Below, piece after piece: positions 52,327 to 63,137 of a DNA stretch of 64,000 bases (position 1 is the stretch's first letter; each line of letters begins with the position of its first letter). The notes under the pieces are model-generated. The model saw only the letters and a program-made list of their open reading frames with translations. It was not told the DNA's origin and made no database searches. Source of the DNA: Escherichia phage vB_vPM_PD112. Where the stretch lies: the sequence record NC_054928.1. One strand, given 5' to 3'. A program made the position numbers and the translations under genes.

Positions 52327-52958
52327 TCAACTACCTCAATATCATAAACTTTAAATGTTCCAAATGAATCGTGTAATTTTTCTTTTGAAATAGAAGTTAT
52401 TTTATACTTTCCAATTGGAATCATCCATTCTTGTTCACGCACAATCATCATTAAGTTATCAGTACGTTCTGAATCTAATCCATCAGTATCTTCATATGTA
52501 TACTTAAACTCAGTATTAGGAGAAGAAAGTATAATATCGCTGATATGGTCAGAATAATTAAAAGCTTTATCAGTTTTTAAGCGAAATATTATTTCAGTGA
52601 AATACTCAACATAAGAAAAACCACATGCTGTGTGCAAACTAGTAGTAAATGAATCTACTCTGTTCGTTGAAAACACTTCTCCAACTTGTAAATCTTTAAT
52701 GAGCTCTTTTGTCGATTTTGATATACCACGATATAGCTGATAAGGTGATTCAGTTAAATGCTTTTTAATGATTTTATTCAACTGCCGATGAAGAGCTTCA
52801 TTCTTTTTGGCTTCCATACATTGCCAAAGAACTGATTGTTCAAAGTCAGTAAATTTTTCACAGACCTTTTTATACATATCATATTGAAAATCAACGCTTT
52901 CAGCTTTTATAGATAACTGTTCAACATCTGCAAGATTAATAATCATGATAGCCTCCAT
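52323..52958 (-). CDS. modB: ADP-ribosyltransferase ModB
   Basis: 211 aa; ART-like motifs (LYRG, STN, E); position upstream of modA. Confidence 0.7.
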   Translation of the reverse strand: MEAIMIINLADVEQLSIKAESVDFQYDMYKKVCEKFTDFEQSVLWQCMEAKKNEALHRQLNKIIKKHLTESPYQLYRGISKSTKELIKDLQVGEVFSTNRVDSFTTSLHTACGFSYVEYFTEIIFRLKTDKAFNYSDHISDIILSSPNTEFKYTYEDTDGLDSERTDNLMMIVREQEWMIPIGKYKITSISKEKLHDSFGTFKVYDIEVVE

Positions 52959-53013
52959 ATACTTCAGAAGCTATCATATCATCGTTAGGAAGGAAAGTAA
53001 ACAACTTTTTGAA

Positions 53014-53196
53014 TTATTTTACCCAGGGAGCCCAGGGCGGAGGGTCAAGATGGTATGAAGCTAGTTCTTCTAGAAGAGCATCTGGGGCTTCAATTCCATA
53101 ATTCTGTAATACTATACGGTATTCTTTCTTATAATCACTAGAATCATTCTGGATATTCGTAGAATGATTATCTTCTAACATCTCAAATAAATCCAT
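53014..53196 (-). CDS. hypothetical protein
   Basis: ORF track, 60 aa. Confidence 0.4.
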   Translation of the reverse strand: MDLFEMLEDNHSTNIQNDSSDYKKEYRIVLQNYGIEAPDALLEELASYHLDPPPWAPWVK

Positions 53197-53204
53197 ATTA
53201 ATTC

Positions 53205-53675
53205 CTAGCGATAAAAACCAAAATAACGATTAGCTTCAATAATCTTTCTTTCTTCTTCGGACATTCTCCAGCGTAGTCCAACGTCAAAATGAGCCCAGAC
53301 CATCTTAACAAATGCATGTATATCTTTAATATCTTCAATAATGAATGTTTTACTTTTAAAAGGTTGACTCGCTAATTTAACTTTATCATCTTCAAACAGG
53401 TCAAAAAGACCATATTCATGAGCTCTTTTATAGCCTTTAATAGTTAAAGCTTCAGAAGAAGAAAACGGTGAATCAGTATTCTGCAAAATATCTTCAGTAT
53501 GCTTTATAATTAGAATAACATTTTCTGGATATTTTCTTTCTTTTATATCTTTAATTAAAATATCCGGATTTTCTGCTAAAGGAATAATCAATGAGCACTT
53601 TTTATCAAGTGTATTTACTGATTTACCTTCTTTAGACATAAATTCTATTGAATAATGTTTTGCTACTTCAATCAT
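53205..53675 (-). CDS. hypothetical protein (mrh region)
   Basis: ORF track, 156 aa. Confidence 0.45.
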   Translation of the reverse strand: MIEVAKHYSIEFMSKEGKSVNTLDKKCSLIIPLAENPDILIKDIKERKYPENVILIIKHTEDILQNTDSPFSSSEALTIKGYKRAHEYGLFDLFEDDKVKLASQPFKSKTFIIEDIKDIHAFVKMVWAHFDVGLRWRMSEEERKIIEANRYFGFYR

Positions 53676-53828
53676 GTGATTTCCTCTTGCCTACTAACGG
53701 GCCGTCAGGAATTTTGTTTTCCTGGATATATTTCTCATTTTCTTCCATCATTTTACTACCGATTTTAAGAAGCAAATCCAATGCTTCATTTGCTTTAGCC
53801 TTGGCCTCTTCTAACGTCATATCTCTGT

Positions 53829-54032
53829 TCATGATTTATCCCCATAGATGTCTCTCATCAATTTAAGAGCTGAGCGTTCTAGTTTCTTTTCTTTCTCAGC
53901 ACTAATCATTGATTTCATCCATTCTTCTGATTCGTTCTGCATTTCTTTATTTGCTTGTTCAACCCAACCATCGTCAATGTACATTGAGTTTGGTCTATTG
54001 AACCATTCAAACATTTTCTTCAGAACTTTCAT
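53829..54032 (-). CDS. hypothetical protein
   Basis: ORF track, 67 aa. Confidence 0.4.
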   Translation of the reverse strand: MKVLKKMFEWFNRPNSMYIDDGWVEQANKEMQNESEEWMKSMISAEKEKKLERSALKLMRDIYGDKS

Positions 54033-54504
54033 TTGTTTTACCTAAAACAACAGTAGGAGCATCATCAAATTCATGAATTTTTAGCAAATTTGGATGTAAA
54101 CTATTCCATACAGAAGAAATAAAGTATGATAACGCATCTTCACTCGCAATTATAAATTTATTTCCTTTATCTATTTTCCAACTATATAATGAATCATACG
54201 AATAGAAAGATAAAGGTTTATCATTATATTGTTCTGCGCTAACATTAATGTATTCGGATTTAGTAAATGCTTCAATTGCTCTAAATGGAATATTTGGTAC
54301 AGTTTCAATAATTCCGATCTTTTTAAGTTTTATTTCAGCATCTTCTGGAACTGGCATTGAAACGAAATTTTCTACGAGATACATTGGGTCACAATAACCC
54401 TTATCAATCATTACTGCTACGGTAATTGGAACATCTTTAGCAAATGACATGCTATTACTGCTAATATACATTTCAAACAAAATCGCTTCCATAATTTTCC
54501 TCAA
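54007..54504 (-). CDS. hypothetical protein
   Basis: ORF track, 165 aa. Confidence 0.45.
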   Translation of the reverse strand: MRKIMEAILFEMYISSNSMSFAKDVPITVAVMIDKGYCDPMYLVENFVSMPVPEDAEIKLKKIGIIETVPNIPFRAIEAFTKSEYINVSAEQYNDKPLSFYSYDSLYSWKIDKGNKFIIASEDALSYFISSVWNSLHPNLLKIHEFDDAPTVVLGKTNESSEENV

Positions 54505-54884
54505 TCACAAGATGTAGATGAACAACTAGAATCACAAGAACTTCCACATGAATCGCCCGTCCACACATGAACAGGAACATTAGTATCATATGAATCAGAA
54601 CTAGACTGTGTATTCTGCGTATTAGATGATGTAGGTGTTGACCAGCGCCAAGGATTTTTATAATATTCTTGGGCTTCTTCATAAGTCATAATAACTGCTT
54701 CTACTGTTCCATCTCCCATATAAACATACTCAACTACATTTAAAGGAAGGTAGTCATTTGAAATAGGAACTACACCTTCTCCAGGAGTCGTAGAGAAAAA
54801 ATCCGTAAAGAAACTTTTAAACCAATTAAAGATAAACATTACAAAAAGCCTCTTTGAAATTCGACTCTTTGAAATCCACCCCAA
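54501..54884 (-). CDS. hypothetical protein with Ser/Cys-rich C-terminal tail
   Basis: ORF track, 127 aa; tail [18 protein letters not shown]. Confidence 0.4.
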   Translation of the reverse strand: MGWISKSRISKRLFVMFIFNWFKSFFTDFFSTTPGEGVVPISNDYLPLNVVEYVYMGDGTVEAVIMTYEEAQEYYKNPWRWSTPTSSNTQNTQSSSDSYDTNVPVHVWTGDSCGSSCDSSCSSTSCD

Positions 54885-55051
54885 TCAGTGTATCGCATTT
54901 CAGCATTGAACTCGACTGAACCATCTGCATGCATCATGAATGAATGCGTGACGACATCACAATCCCAGCTTTTCATACCCCATTTATCAGAGATAGCTTT
55001 ATCAAGAACCTTCTGAAGGTCTTCATTTGGTTTAATCCAACGATTTAACAT
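54839..55051 (-). CDS. hypothetical protein
   Basis: ORF track, 70 aa. Confidence 0.45.
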   Translation of the reverse strand: MLNRWIKPNEDLQKVLDKAISDKWGMKSWDCDVVTHSFMMHADGSVEFNAEMRYTDWGGFQRVEFQRGFL

Positions 55052-55116
55052 AGTGCTCTCCTCTATAAGATAATTCTATTATACCATACTCATTTTGGAA
55101 AGTAAACCGGTAAAAT

Positions 55117-55143
55117 GAAAAAAGGACTCCCGAAGGAGTCCTT
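55117..55143 (-). terminator. Rho-independent terminator after soc; identical 27-nt core to 1894-1920
   Basis: Hairpin ggactcccgaaggagtcc 55124-55141 plus A-run on plus strand. Confidence 0.6.
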
Positions 55144-55149
55144 AAATTA

Positions 55150-55386
55150 TTAACCACCTATTGTTGTAGGCGTAAACATTGCAGCATTCTTAGTTTTCCA
55201 AGTTGCTGCATCGGAAACTACATCAGAATAAGCTGCTTTTTCTGACGGAAAGATTTGATAATGAGAATCTGCAATACGGTGTTCATTTGAATATACATCA
55301 AATGCTACAGAAACTTCCATACCTTTAACTTCTTTGCCTTCACCCGCTGGATGAGTAAAGGTCTTGATGTTAACGAAACCACCCAT
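55150..55386 (-). CDS. soc: small outer capsid protein Soc
   Basis: 78 aa; similar to recalled T4 Soc (GxVNIKTF...SVAF..Y...H.I...HYQ.FPSEKAAYS). Confidence 0.85.
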   Translation of the reverse strand: MGGFVNIKTFTHPAGEGKEVKGMEVSVAFDVYSNEHRIADSHYQIFPSEKAAYSDVVSDAATWKTKNAAMFTPTTIGG

Positions 55387-55417
55387 AATAAACTCCTTTA
55401 TTGTTTAATTACAAGTG

Positions 55418-55425
55418 TATTTATA
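55418..55425 (-). promoter_or_regulatory. late promoter TATAAATA upstream of soc
   Basis: tatttata on plus strand equals TATAAATA on minus, about 30 nt upstream of soc ATG. Confidence 0.6.
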
Positions 55426-55595
55426 TCAATCTTCAATGAAAACTTGTGCCAGGAATTCATGCTCATCTTGAATTTGTTTATATAAAGCCATTACAGCATT
55501 TATGTTAGAGCTATCTACTTTAAGTTGATAAGCATACCACTCATGTAAATTAATTAAAGCTTTTTGACGTCTAATAAATTCTTCTTTGGATATTT

Positions 55596-55796
55596 TCATT
55601 TTGAATGCTCTATAATTAATTTTAAGGCTTCTTCACTTACAAAAATTTCGTCAGGGCTTTCTTCTGCAACCCAATCAACCGCACGAAGCTGATTAGATAA
55701 GAGCTCGTATGTGAGCTCCTTGTCATAATTTTTAAATAGCTGGTCAATACGTTTCTTGTGGGCTTTCTTAAGTTGACGTTTATTTAAACGAGCCAT
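55596..55796 (-). CDS. hypothetical protein
   Basis: ORF track, 66 aa. Confidence 0.45.
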   Translation of the reverse strand: MARLNKRQLKKAHKKRIDQLFKNYDKELTYELLSNQLRAVDWVAEESPDEIFVSEEALKLIIEHSK

Positions 55797-56311
55797 TAAT
55801 AACCTCGGTCTTGACGTTCAAAATTATGTTTATTTTTCAAATAATAAAGTTTAAAGATTTCTTCCGCATTCATTCCAAGGCCAGCAAACATATTTAATAC
55901 GAAATGAAATATATCCACAAGCTCAAATTTAATTTCGAGCTGATCTTCTGGGGACATTTCATCAATGCGTTTTTCTTGCGCTTCAATATAACGTGCTTTC
56001 CATTTTTTCCAAACTGCCGATGCATCTTTTTCACCACGTGACATTTCACCAAGAGAAGTCAGAAGTTCGCGGAATTCATCGTCAATGCAGTCTTTTTGTT
56101 CACGCATCCAAGAAACAACATCACCGGCAGTTTCTAATTTATCTGGATGATAGCAGTATTCGCGGTCATTTGCTAAACGAACCTGTAAAGATTTCTGCAT
56201 ATCAAGCATAACTTGCAGAGGGTCTTTTTCATCACCGAGAATATCCCAGTATTCATTTTGAGCTTTATCAGCGCCTTCGATCAGATGACTACATTCGTTG
56301 AAATGTGGCAT
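55796..56311 (-). CDS. 56: dCTP pyrophosphatase gp56 (MazG-like)
   Basis: 171 aa from internal Met MPHFNE; T4 gp56 size and position. Confidence 0.8.
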   Translation of the reverse strand: MPHFNECSHLIEGADKAQNEYWDILGDEKDPLQVMLDMQKSLQVRLANDREYCYHPDKLETAGDVVSWMREQKDCIDDEFRELLTSLGEMSRGEKDASAVWKKWKARYIEAQEKRIDEMSPEDQLEIKFELVDIFHFVLNMFAGLGMNAEEIFKLYYLKNKHNFERQDRGY

Positions 56312-56374
56312 GTTATTTTTTCCTTTCAATTCATTAATAAGTTAAATAATTATATCATTTGAGTATGTAAGCAA

Positions 56375-57163
<789 letters not shown>

Positions 57164-57262
57164 TCATTTATTGCAGCAAAAAATGAATTATACAATTCAT
57201 CATATGTATTTGATAATAATACTAACACGTTTTGCGATAAATATTAATTTAAAGGAGGACAT

Positions 57263-57463
57263 ATGGTACAAAAATTAATGACACTTGTTAATGCCATCAA
57301 AGGTAATAAGAAACGTATAGCTTTTACTATTTCTGCTATGATAGGAATTTTACTTTGGAATTTTGTTTTATCGCCAGTTGCTATTGCTCATGGCGTTAGT
57401 ATTCCAGTAATTACTCTTGATACATTCGTAGATTTAGCGTTTGCTTTAGTTGGGTTAATTTAA
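57263..57463 (+). CDS. plus-strand small membrane protein, 66 aa, hypothetical
   Basis: ATG preceded by AAGGAGG; two hydrophobic segments; convergent with gene 61. Confidence 0.45.
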   Translation: MVQKLMTLVNAIKGNKKRIAFTISAMIGILLWNFVLSPVAIAHGVSIPVITLDTFVDLAFALVGLI

Positions 57464-58488
57464 ATCTTAGCATATTTAGATAGCCGCATTTTAGCCATCA
57501 ACCCCTGGGCAATATTATTTTTCATATATTCCATAATTTGTTCAGGGGTTGCACCTTCCTTTCTAATCATATCATTGACATCTTTTGATTTCCAGGGAGA
57601 TTTATCCCAAAACATAACCCTTTCTCCTGCATCAACTAATTTAGTCATTCGTTTAATAGTGTCAGGGTGACGAGGTTCATTATCTAAAACCCATACACGC
57701 CTATCTTTAAATGGAACAATTTCTAGGTCTAATTGACCACCCGTAATAGCTATACCATTTTCAATAAAAAGTGAATCTATAGGTCCTTCTAGAACATATA
57801 CATCACCATCTTTAACCCGTTCAACACCATAGATTTTTGTTGCCTCAGGATAAGCTTTGATGGTGATATATTTTTGAGGAGCATCTTTCTTTAATGCGCG
57901 TCCTTGAAAAGACTCAGCTTTTCCATTAGCGTTATAAATTGGAATAACAAGACGAGGCTCAGGTATTTCCTTTTTATATGTTCCTGGCGCTATACTATTA
58001 ACTAATTTAGGCCATTCAGTTGTAAACCAAAGATATTTCCATTTATCCTTTGGAATACAACGAGCTTTTACGTATTTTATAATTGGATGGTCTTCCGCCA
58101 GTTTATCTAATCTAACACATGACGGAAGAGATTTAATTATTTTCTTCTCAGGTTGTTTAGGAAGTTCTTTAGGTTTTTCTACTGGACGACTTTTACCTTT
58201 TTCTTTTCTTATTTCAAAGATATACTCACGATATAAATCGGGTTCAAACTCCTTTAAATATATTCCGATTGGTGCATGATAGTTACAGTTATAACAATGA
58301 ATATTTCCTTCATTATTATCACCATAATACCATCCACGGGCTTTATTTTGGTCGGTTTTTGAATCTCCACAAACAGGGCATCTAAACCGTAATTTAAAAG
58401 TTGAACTATTATTTACTTGTGTGAATTTAGGTAAATGAGCCAATGCACGATATGCAAACTCATTATCAATCCAAGGTATTGATGACAT
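57460..58488 (-). CDS. 61: DNA primase gp61
   Basis: 342 aa; zinc ribbon CPVCGDS...CYNC; T4 gp61 size. Confidence 0.93.
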   Translation of the reverse strand: MSSIPWIDNEFAYRALAHLPKFTQVNNSSTFKLRFRCPVCGDSKTDQNKARGWYYGDNNEGNIHCYNCNYHAPIGIYLKEFEPDLYREYIFEIRKEKGKSRPVEKPKELPKQPEKKIIKSLPSCVRLDKLAEDHPIIKYVKARCIPKDKWKYLWFTTEWPKLVNSIAPGTYKKEIPEPRLVIPIYNANGKAESFQGRALKKDAPQKYITIKAYPEATKIYGVERVKDGDVYVLEGPIDSLFIENGIAITGGQLDLEIVPFKDRRVWVLDNEPRHPDTIKRMTKLVDAGERVMFWDKSPWKSKDVNDMIRKEGATPEQIMEYMKNNIAQGLMAKMRLSKYAKI

Positions 58489-58492
58489 TTTT

Positions 58493-58655
58493 ACTCTTCT
58501 TTTTCTTTAGATTCCTCTTTTTTCTTTTTAGGAATCTGTTCAGGACCTTTATTTACTACAGCGCCTGACGTTGTTCCAGTGGAGATATTTTCAGGATTAC
58601 CACCTGAATCTCCAGCTACCATATCTTCTTTAATAAATTCTTTATATGTTTTCAT
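58493..58655 (-). CDS. small hydrophilic ORF, 54 aa
   Basis: Own translation MKTYKEFIKEDMVAGDSGGNPEN...; not in ORF track. Confidence 0.35.
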
Positions 58656-58656
58656 A

Positions 58657-59013
58657 TTAACCTCTATTCATAAAAGCATTAAAAATTTGGTCATCAATCG
58701 ACGGAATAGCAACCTTTTCTGCATCATTTAACAAATCATTAATTTCATCAGATAGCATAACACATGTACCTTTATTTCCTGTAATTGTTACTGCACAATT
58801 ACGAACGTTTTCTTTATCAAATTTTAGGTTAATATTTTCGTAGTGAAAATCCTTTAATGCCGAATATATTTTTAAAATGAAATTGTCTTTTACTACAATA
58901 AACCCAACCTCGCTATTAAAACGTGGTTCATGGAAACTGTAATAAACCTTTTCATCTATAAAATCGTATGAAATTTTTTCCATTTTTAAATATGAAAATT
59001 CAGAACTATACAT
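58657..59013 (-). CDS. hypothetical protein (61.1 position)
   Basis: ORF track, 118 aa. Confidence 0.45.
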   Translation of the reverse strand: MYSSEFSYLKMEKISYDFIDEKVYYSFHEPRFNSEVGFIVVKDNFILKIYSALKDFHYENINLKFDKENVRNCAVTITGNKGTCVMLSDEINDLLNDAEKVAIPSIDDQIFNAFMNRG

Positions 59014-59025
59014 ATTAACCTCTAA

Positions 59026-59319
59026 TTACTCACCTACCACTTCAGCGATGATATTTTTATTATTGAAGTTTTTATCGCAATACAGAATATAATTATACTG
59101 CATTACACCACCAGACTTAAGCTGTTTTTGCACTTCAGCTTTCATTTCAGGACGATCACGCTTAACGATATTCATAATATCTGCTTCAATTTGAGTTTCA
59201 ACCTCAGTCTGATCTGCAGTCATAGACCATTCGCACAAATCTTTATCATAACCTGCCATAGCAGGCTGAGCAGCACAAGAAGCTAAAGCAAAAATTGCAG
59301 CAAAAACAAATTTTTTCAT
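59026..59319 (-). CDS. hypothetical secreted/lipoprotein (signal peptide, LASC lipobox)
   Basis: ORF track, 97 aa. Confidence 0.45.
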   Translation of the reverse strand: MKKFVFAAIFALASCAAQPAMAGYDKDLCEWSMTADQTEVETQIEADIMNIVKRDRPEMKAEVQKQLKSGGVMQYNYILYCDKNFNNKNIIAEVVGE

Positions 59320-59376
59320 GATAATCTCCTCAGTAGTTTATGTTTATATAGTATCTCAATTTCCAACAAAAGTAAA

Positions 59377-59631
59377 CTATTTTATTTCCTCAAGTTCGTT
59401 AATCAATAAAAGTTCTCTGACGCTAAAAACAAAGAAAAATGTGTTCCCATCAACCAGAGCATGACCGCTAATAGAACACCCTCTGCGGAATTTAGAAACT
59501 TCACAATCTAGAACTGTAAAGGGTTTTAATCCTATGACTTTAGCTGTGCGTCTATTCAGTTCACAACCACTTGCGAATTTTTCCAAATCTTCTTCTGATT
59601 TAAACTGATATTCTCTATTAACTAGCATCAT
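59377..59631 (-). CDS. hypothetical protein
   Basis: ORF track, 84 aa. Confidence 0.45.
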   Translation of the reverse strand: MMLVNREYQFKSEEDLEKFASGCELNRRTAKVIGLKPFTVLDCEVSKFRRGCSISGHALVDGNTFFFVFSVRELLLINELEEIK

Positions 59632-59715
59632 TTTCTTTTCTCCGCGATTAGCTGATAGAATTACTATAACACAACTCTATCAGCTTGTAAACTACTATTT
59701 TACTAGCATCAATAA

Positions 59716-59979
59716 CTATTTCTCTAACTTGACGATTTTACGAAAGTATCTTTTGCATTGACGAATCTGTCGCTTCGTAGGGCGCACAGCAAACTTAATA
59801 AATTCCACTCGACCAAATGGAGGACTTTCTTCTGCTGGAATATCTAACACCAATTCCCACGTATCGGCAATAAGTGCTTTGAATTGCGTATTTTTCCTGA
59901 CGTTATACGGAGTAGGTTTAAATAAAACGATATGCATATTATCCTCGGCAATCCACTTCGCATACTTTCTTATCATCAA
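59716..59979 (-). CDS. hypothetical protein
   Basis: ORF track, 87 aa. Confidence 0.45.
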   Translation of the reverse strand: MMIRKYAKWIAEDNMHIVLFKPTPYNVRKNTQFKALIADTWELVLDIPAEESPPFGRVEFIKFAVRPTKRQIRQCKRYFRKIVKLEK

Positions 59980-60121
59980 TGAAAGCTTTAACTAAAGCTT
60001 TATTAACTTCAGCATATTGAGTAGTAGCCCATTGAACGTCATCTTTCATCATTGCGGTTTCTTTAGTAAACATGCTTTCATTCTTAAACCACCCCATAAA
60101 AACTACCTTTACCAATTCCAT
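59939..60121 (-). CDS. dmd: Dmd antitoxin (inhibitor of RnlA/LsoA mRNA endoribonuclease toxins)
   Basis: 60 aa MELVKVVFMGWFKNESMFTKE... matches recalled T4 Dmd. Confidence 0.85.
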   Translation of the reverse strand: MELVKVVFMGWFKNESMFTKETAMMKDDVQWATTQYAEVNKALVKAFIDDKKVCEVDCRG

Positions 60122-60148
60122 AACAATCTCCTCATTTAACCAACAAGA

Positions 60149-60181
60149 CTACTATACCATAGTCTTGTCAGCTTGTAAACT
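60149..60181 (-). promoter_or_regulatory. T4 early-type promoter for dmd
   Basis: gtaaac 60175-60180 and actata 60151-60156 on plus strand. Confidence 0.5.
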
Positions 60182-61607
60182 AAAATTTTAATTCATTTGC
60201 CAAAGCATCTAACTGAGCTCGAGTCGATTCGTTTCTTTGATAGCGATTCTGTTCAGCCTGAATCTGTTGTGAACCTGCTACTTCACTCACTTCAGTTGGA
60301 GTAGAATCTTGTTCAATTTCTACCCATTTCTGATTTCCTTTTTGAACACCCATCAAAAACTTATTCCATTTATTCTTATCACCATATCGTGATTTGATTT
60401 GCTTAATGAGTTGTTGTTCAGCAGCTGCTAGCTCCTCGGTTTCAATGACCGCAAGCATAAAATCAGCTGTCGCTGGAAGACCAGCAGATTCTGCAATATC
60501 GCTCATGTTAACATCAGAAGAATCCCAAGCTTGTTTACCAACCTGTGCTGCAGTCCAAAGAACAGTTTCGGTTTCAACAGCCAGAGCACGCAATTCTTCT
60601 GCAATAGCTTTAACAGTTGTGTAACTATTTTCTGAATAAACTCTAATGCGGCAAGATTTACAAATACCTAGATAGTCGACAATAATGATTGTTGGAACAA
60701 AATTCTTCTTGAGCTTCAATTCATTCAAGAGAGACCTGAATGTGTTAGCATCTGCTCCACCAGTAGGATACTGTTTAACGATTAAACGACCAAGAGTAGA
60801 TTTCTCACGCCATTTTTCCATTTTTCCTTTATACTCAGCGTAAGAAATATGCCCATCATCAATGTCATCAAGAGAAACATCGAGCATATTAGCGTCAATA
60901 CGTTTAGCACAGACTTCTTCTGCCATTTCCATGGAAATGTAAAGAACATTATGACCGAGCTGTAAATAATCTGCTGCCAATGAACACAATCCTAATGACT
61001 TACCAACGTTAACACCAGCCATTAAAACGTTCAGTGTTCCAGTCTCAGCTCCGCCTTTAGTAATTTTGTTTAGAATTCTGAGTTTAAATGGAACCTTACG
61101 AGCTTTATTCATATAAGATAGCCAACGTGCTTCGTAGTCATCCATCCAATCATGACCAACGTAACTATCAAATGAAATTGATAATGCTTGACGCATAATG
61201 TCAGGAATAGCACCAACATCCGGCATTTTCTTATTTCGTTTTTCCGGAGGAAGCTCAGCATTAGTTTGAATTTCGATTATTTTAGACGTAGCATTAAACA
61301 TCGCCCTTTGCTGAACATATTTTTCTGTTTCTTTTACTAACCAGCTGTGGTCTTCCGGAGAATCAGCTAGTTTTGAAATAAGTGTTTTTACACCAGAATA
61401 TTCTGTTTCAGTAAATGAACTATTTTCTAATGCAACATTTAACGCATTAATAGATGGAACGCTATGGTACTCATTAACATGAGATTTAATTAATTTGAAT
61501 GTATTTTTAGCTGGACCACTTTCAAAATATTCTGAATCCATATATGGCCAAACTTTTGAAAAATAAGCTTGATCAAATATGAGATGAGAAAGAATAATTT
61601 CTACCAC
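60180..61607 (-). CDS. 41: replicative DNA helicase gp41 (DnaB-like)
   Basis: 475 aa; Walker A GVNVGKS; T4 gp41 size. Confidence 0.93.
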   Translation of the reverse strand: MVEIILSHLIFDQAYFSKVWPYMDSEYFESGPAKNTFKLIKSHVNEYHSVPSINALNVALENSSFTETEYSGVKTLISKLADSPEDHSWLVKETEKYVQQRAMFNATSKIIEIQTNAELPPEKRNKKMPDVGAIPDIMRQALSISFDSYVGHDWMDDYEARWLSYMNKARKVPFKLRILNKITKGGAETGTLNVLMAGVNVGKSLGLCSLAADYLQLGHNVLYISMEMAEEVCAKRIDANMLDVSLDDIDDGHISYAEYKGKMEKWREKSTLGRLIVKQYPTGGADANTFRSLLNELKLKKNFVPTIIIVDYLGICKSCRIRVYSENSYTTVKAIAEELRALAVETETVLWTAAQVGKQAWDSSDVNMSDIAESAGLPATADFMLAVIETEELAAAEQQLIKQIKSRYGDKNKWNKFLMGVQKGNQKWVEIEQDSTPTEVSEVAGSQQIQAEQNRYQRNESTRAQLDALANELKF

Positions 61608-61616
61608 ACTTACTCC

Positions 61617-61979
61617 TTAAAAGAATTTAAATTTTTTCTTTGACCTTTTATTAAATGCATCTTGTAGTTGCATTGTAATACATTTTTCTACATGAGGAGC
61701 TAACTCAGCTTTTCTTTCTTGGTCAAGAACAGCAAAGTCCATTACGACTTTTCCATCAACCCAATCTAATTTTGTCACATACACAATGTGTGTAGAACCA
61801 TCTTCTAGTTTAATGACAATCTCCTGGATAACATTTTCCATGGCAGATTTAATTATCTTAAGAGATTCATTAAAAAGACGTTCTTTTCTTTCTTCTTCCC
61901 CCTCCGAAGAGGGGGATTCATCGATAATTTCTAGATCTAAATCTAAATCATCTTTATTCATTAAATTCTTCCATATCAC
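61617..61979 (-). CDS. 40: head vertex assembly chaperone gp40
   Basis: 120 aa; position between 41 and uvsX. Confidence 0.6.
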   Translation of the reverse strand: MIWKNLMNKDDLDLDLEIIDESPSSEGEEERKERLFNESLKIIKSAMENVIQEIVIKLEDGSTHIVYVTKLDWVDGKVVMDFAVLDQERKAELAPHVEKCITMQLQDAFNKRSKKKFKFF

Positions 61980-63129
61980 TTAACTGTTCGAGGTCAGTTT
62001 CTAAATCAGCAGCTGATTTACTTTTACTTTCTGGAGATTTAAATTTTTCAACCTTTGAGTTAATCAATTCATCAACTTCAGCTTCAACAATTTCATTACT
62101 ATCAATAGCACCTAACTGATAAGCACGTTTAATAGCATCTCGGAATGGTTGATGCTTAAATAAAGGACCCCAGAATGTAGTGCAGTTGGTATCTTTTGCA
62201 CGCCAAGATTTTTCTTCGCGAATCATCTCACCGGTTTCTTCATCAAGAAATTCACGAGCATACCAGCCATTTTTAGGTTTTACCACGAATCCTAATTCTA
62301 GAGCCATATCTAACAATCCAGAATAAGGATCGATACCACCATCAAATTTAACATCAATAAAGAATTTACTTTTTTCTTTAACGGTACGAGATTTTTCTAC
62401 ATTTAGAACAAATTGATACCCCTGAAGATCAGAACCATCTTTAATCTGACGCTTACCGATAATGAATACAGTATCAGCCGAATACATCGGTCCAGTCCCG
62501 CCTCCCATAACGGTTTTACTAAACATTTCTTGTGTTTCGTATGTATGGTTAATAGCAATACATGGAATATTTTTAGTACTAAAATAGGGAGTTACGATAC
62601 GAAATAAGCTTTTCATTGTTTTAGCTCTAGTCATATCACTAACAACTTTTTCATTTAAAGCATCTTCAGTTTCTTTCTTAGAAGCTAAGTTACCAAGCGA
62701 ATCAATAAAAACGACTACCTTTTCACCACGTTCAATTGCATCCAATTGATTAACCATATCAATACGTAATTGCTCAAGTGATTGAACCGGAGTATGAATT
62801 ACTCGTTCTGGATCAACCCCCATGGATCGCAAATAAGCTGGAGTGATACCAAATTCGCTGTCATAAAACAAACATACTGCGTCAGGATATTGCCGCATGT
62901 AAGATGACACCATTGTTAATCCAAAGTTTGATTTAAATGATTTTGATGGACCTGCCAAAATTAACAGACCAGATTGCATACCACCAGTAATTTCACCAGA
63001 AAGCGCAATATTCATCATAGGAATTTTTGTTCGAACTACATCTTTTTCATTAAAGAATTTAGATGTAGTCAGTTCAGCGGTCAATTTAGAAGTAGAAGCT
63101 TTAATCAAACGAGATTTTAAATCAGACAT
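61954..63129 (-). CDS. uvsX: UvsX recombinase (RecA-like)
   Basis: 391 aa; matches recalled T4 UvsX. Confidence 0.95.
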   Translation of the reverse strand: MSDLKSRLIKASTSKLTAELTTSKFFNEKDVVRTKIPMMNIALSGEITGGMQSGLLILAGPSKSFKSNFGLTMVSSYMRQYPDAVCLFYDSEFGITPAYLRSMGVDPERVIHTPVQSLEQLRIDMVNQLDAIERGEKVVVFIDSLGNLASKKETEDALNEKVVSDMTRAKTMKSLFRIVTPYFSTKNIPCIAINHTYETQEMFSKTVMGGGTGPMYSADTVFIIGKRQIKDGSDLQGYQFVLNVEKSRTVKEKSKFFIDVKFDGGIDPYSGLLDMALELGFVVKPKNGWYAREFLDEETGEMIREEKSWRAKDTNCTTFWGPLFKHQPFRDAIKRAYQLGAIDSNEIVEAEVDELINSKVEKFKSPESKSKSAADLETDLEQLSDMEEFNE

Positions 63130-63137
63130 ATAATACC

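Noticed and set aside
54473-54682. 69-aa His/Leu-rich ORF overlapping 54501..54884
   Set aside because: Out-of-frame overlap and odd composition; the longer frame was kept at low confidence.
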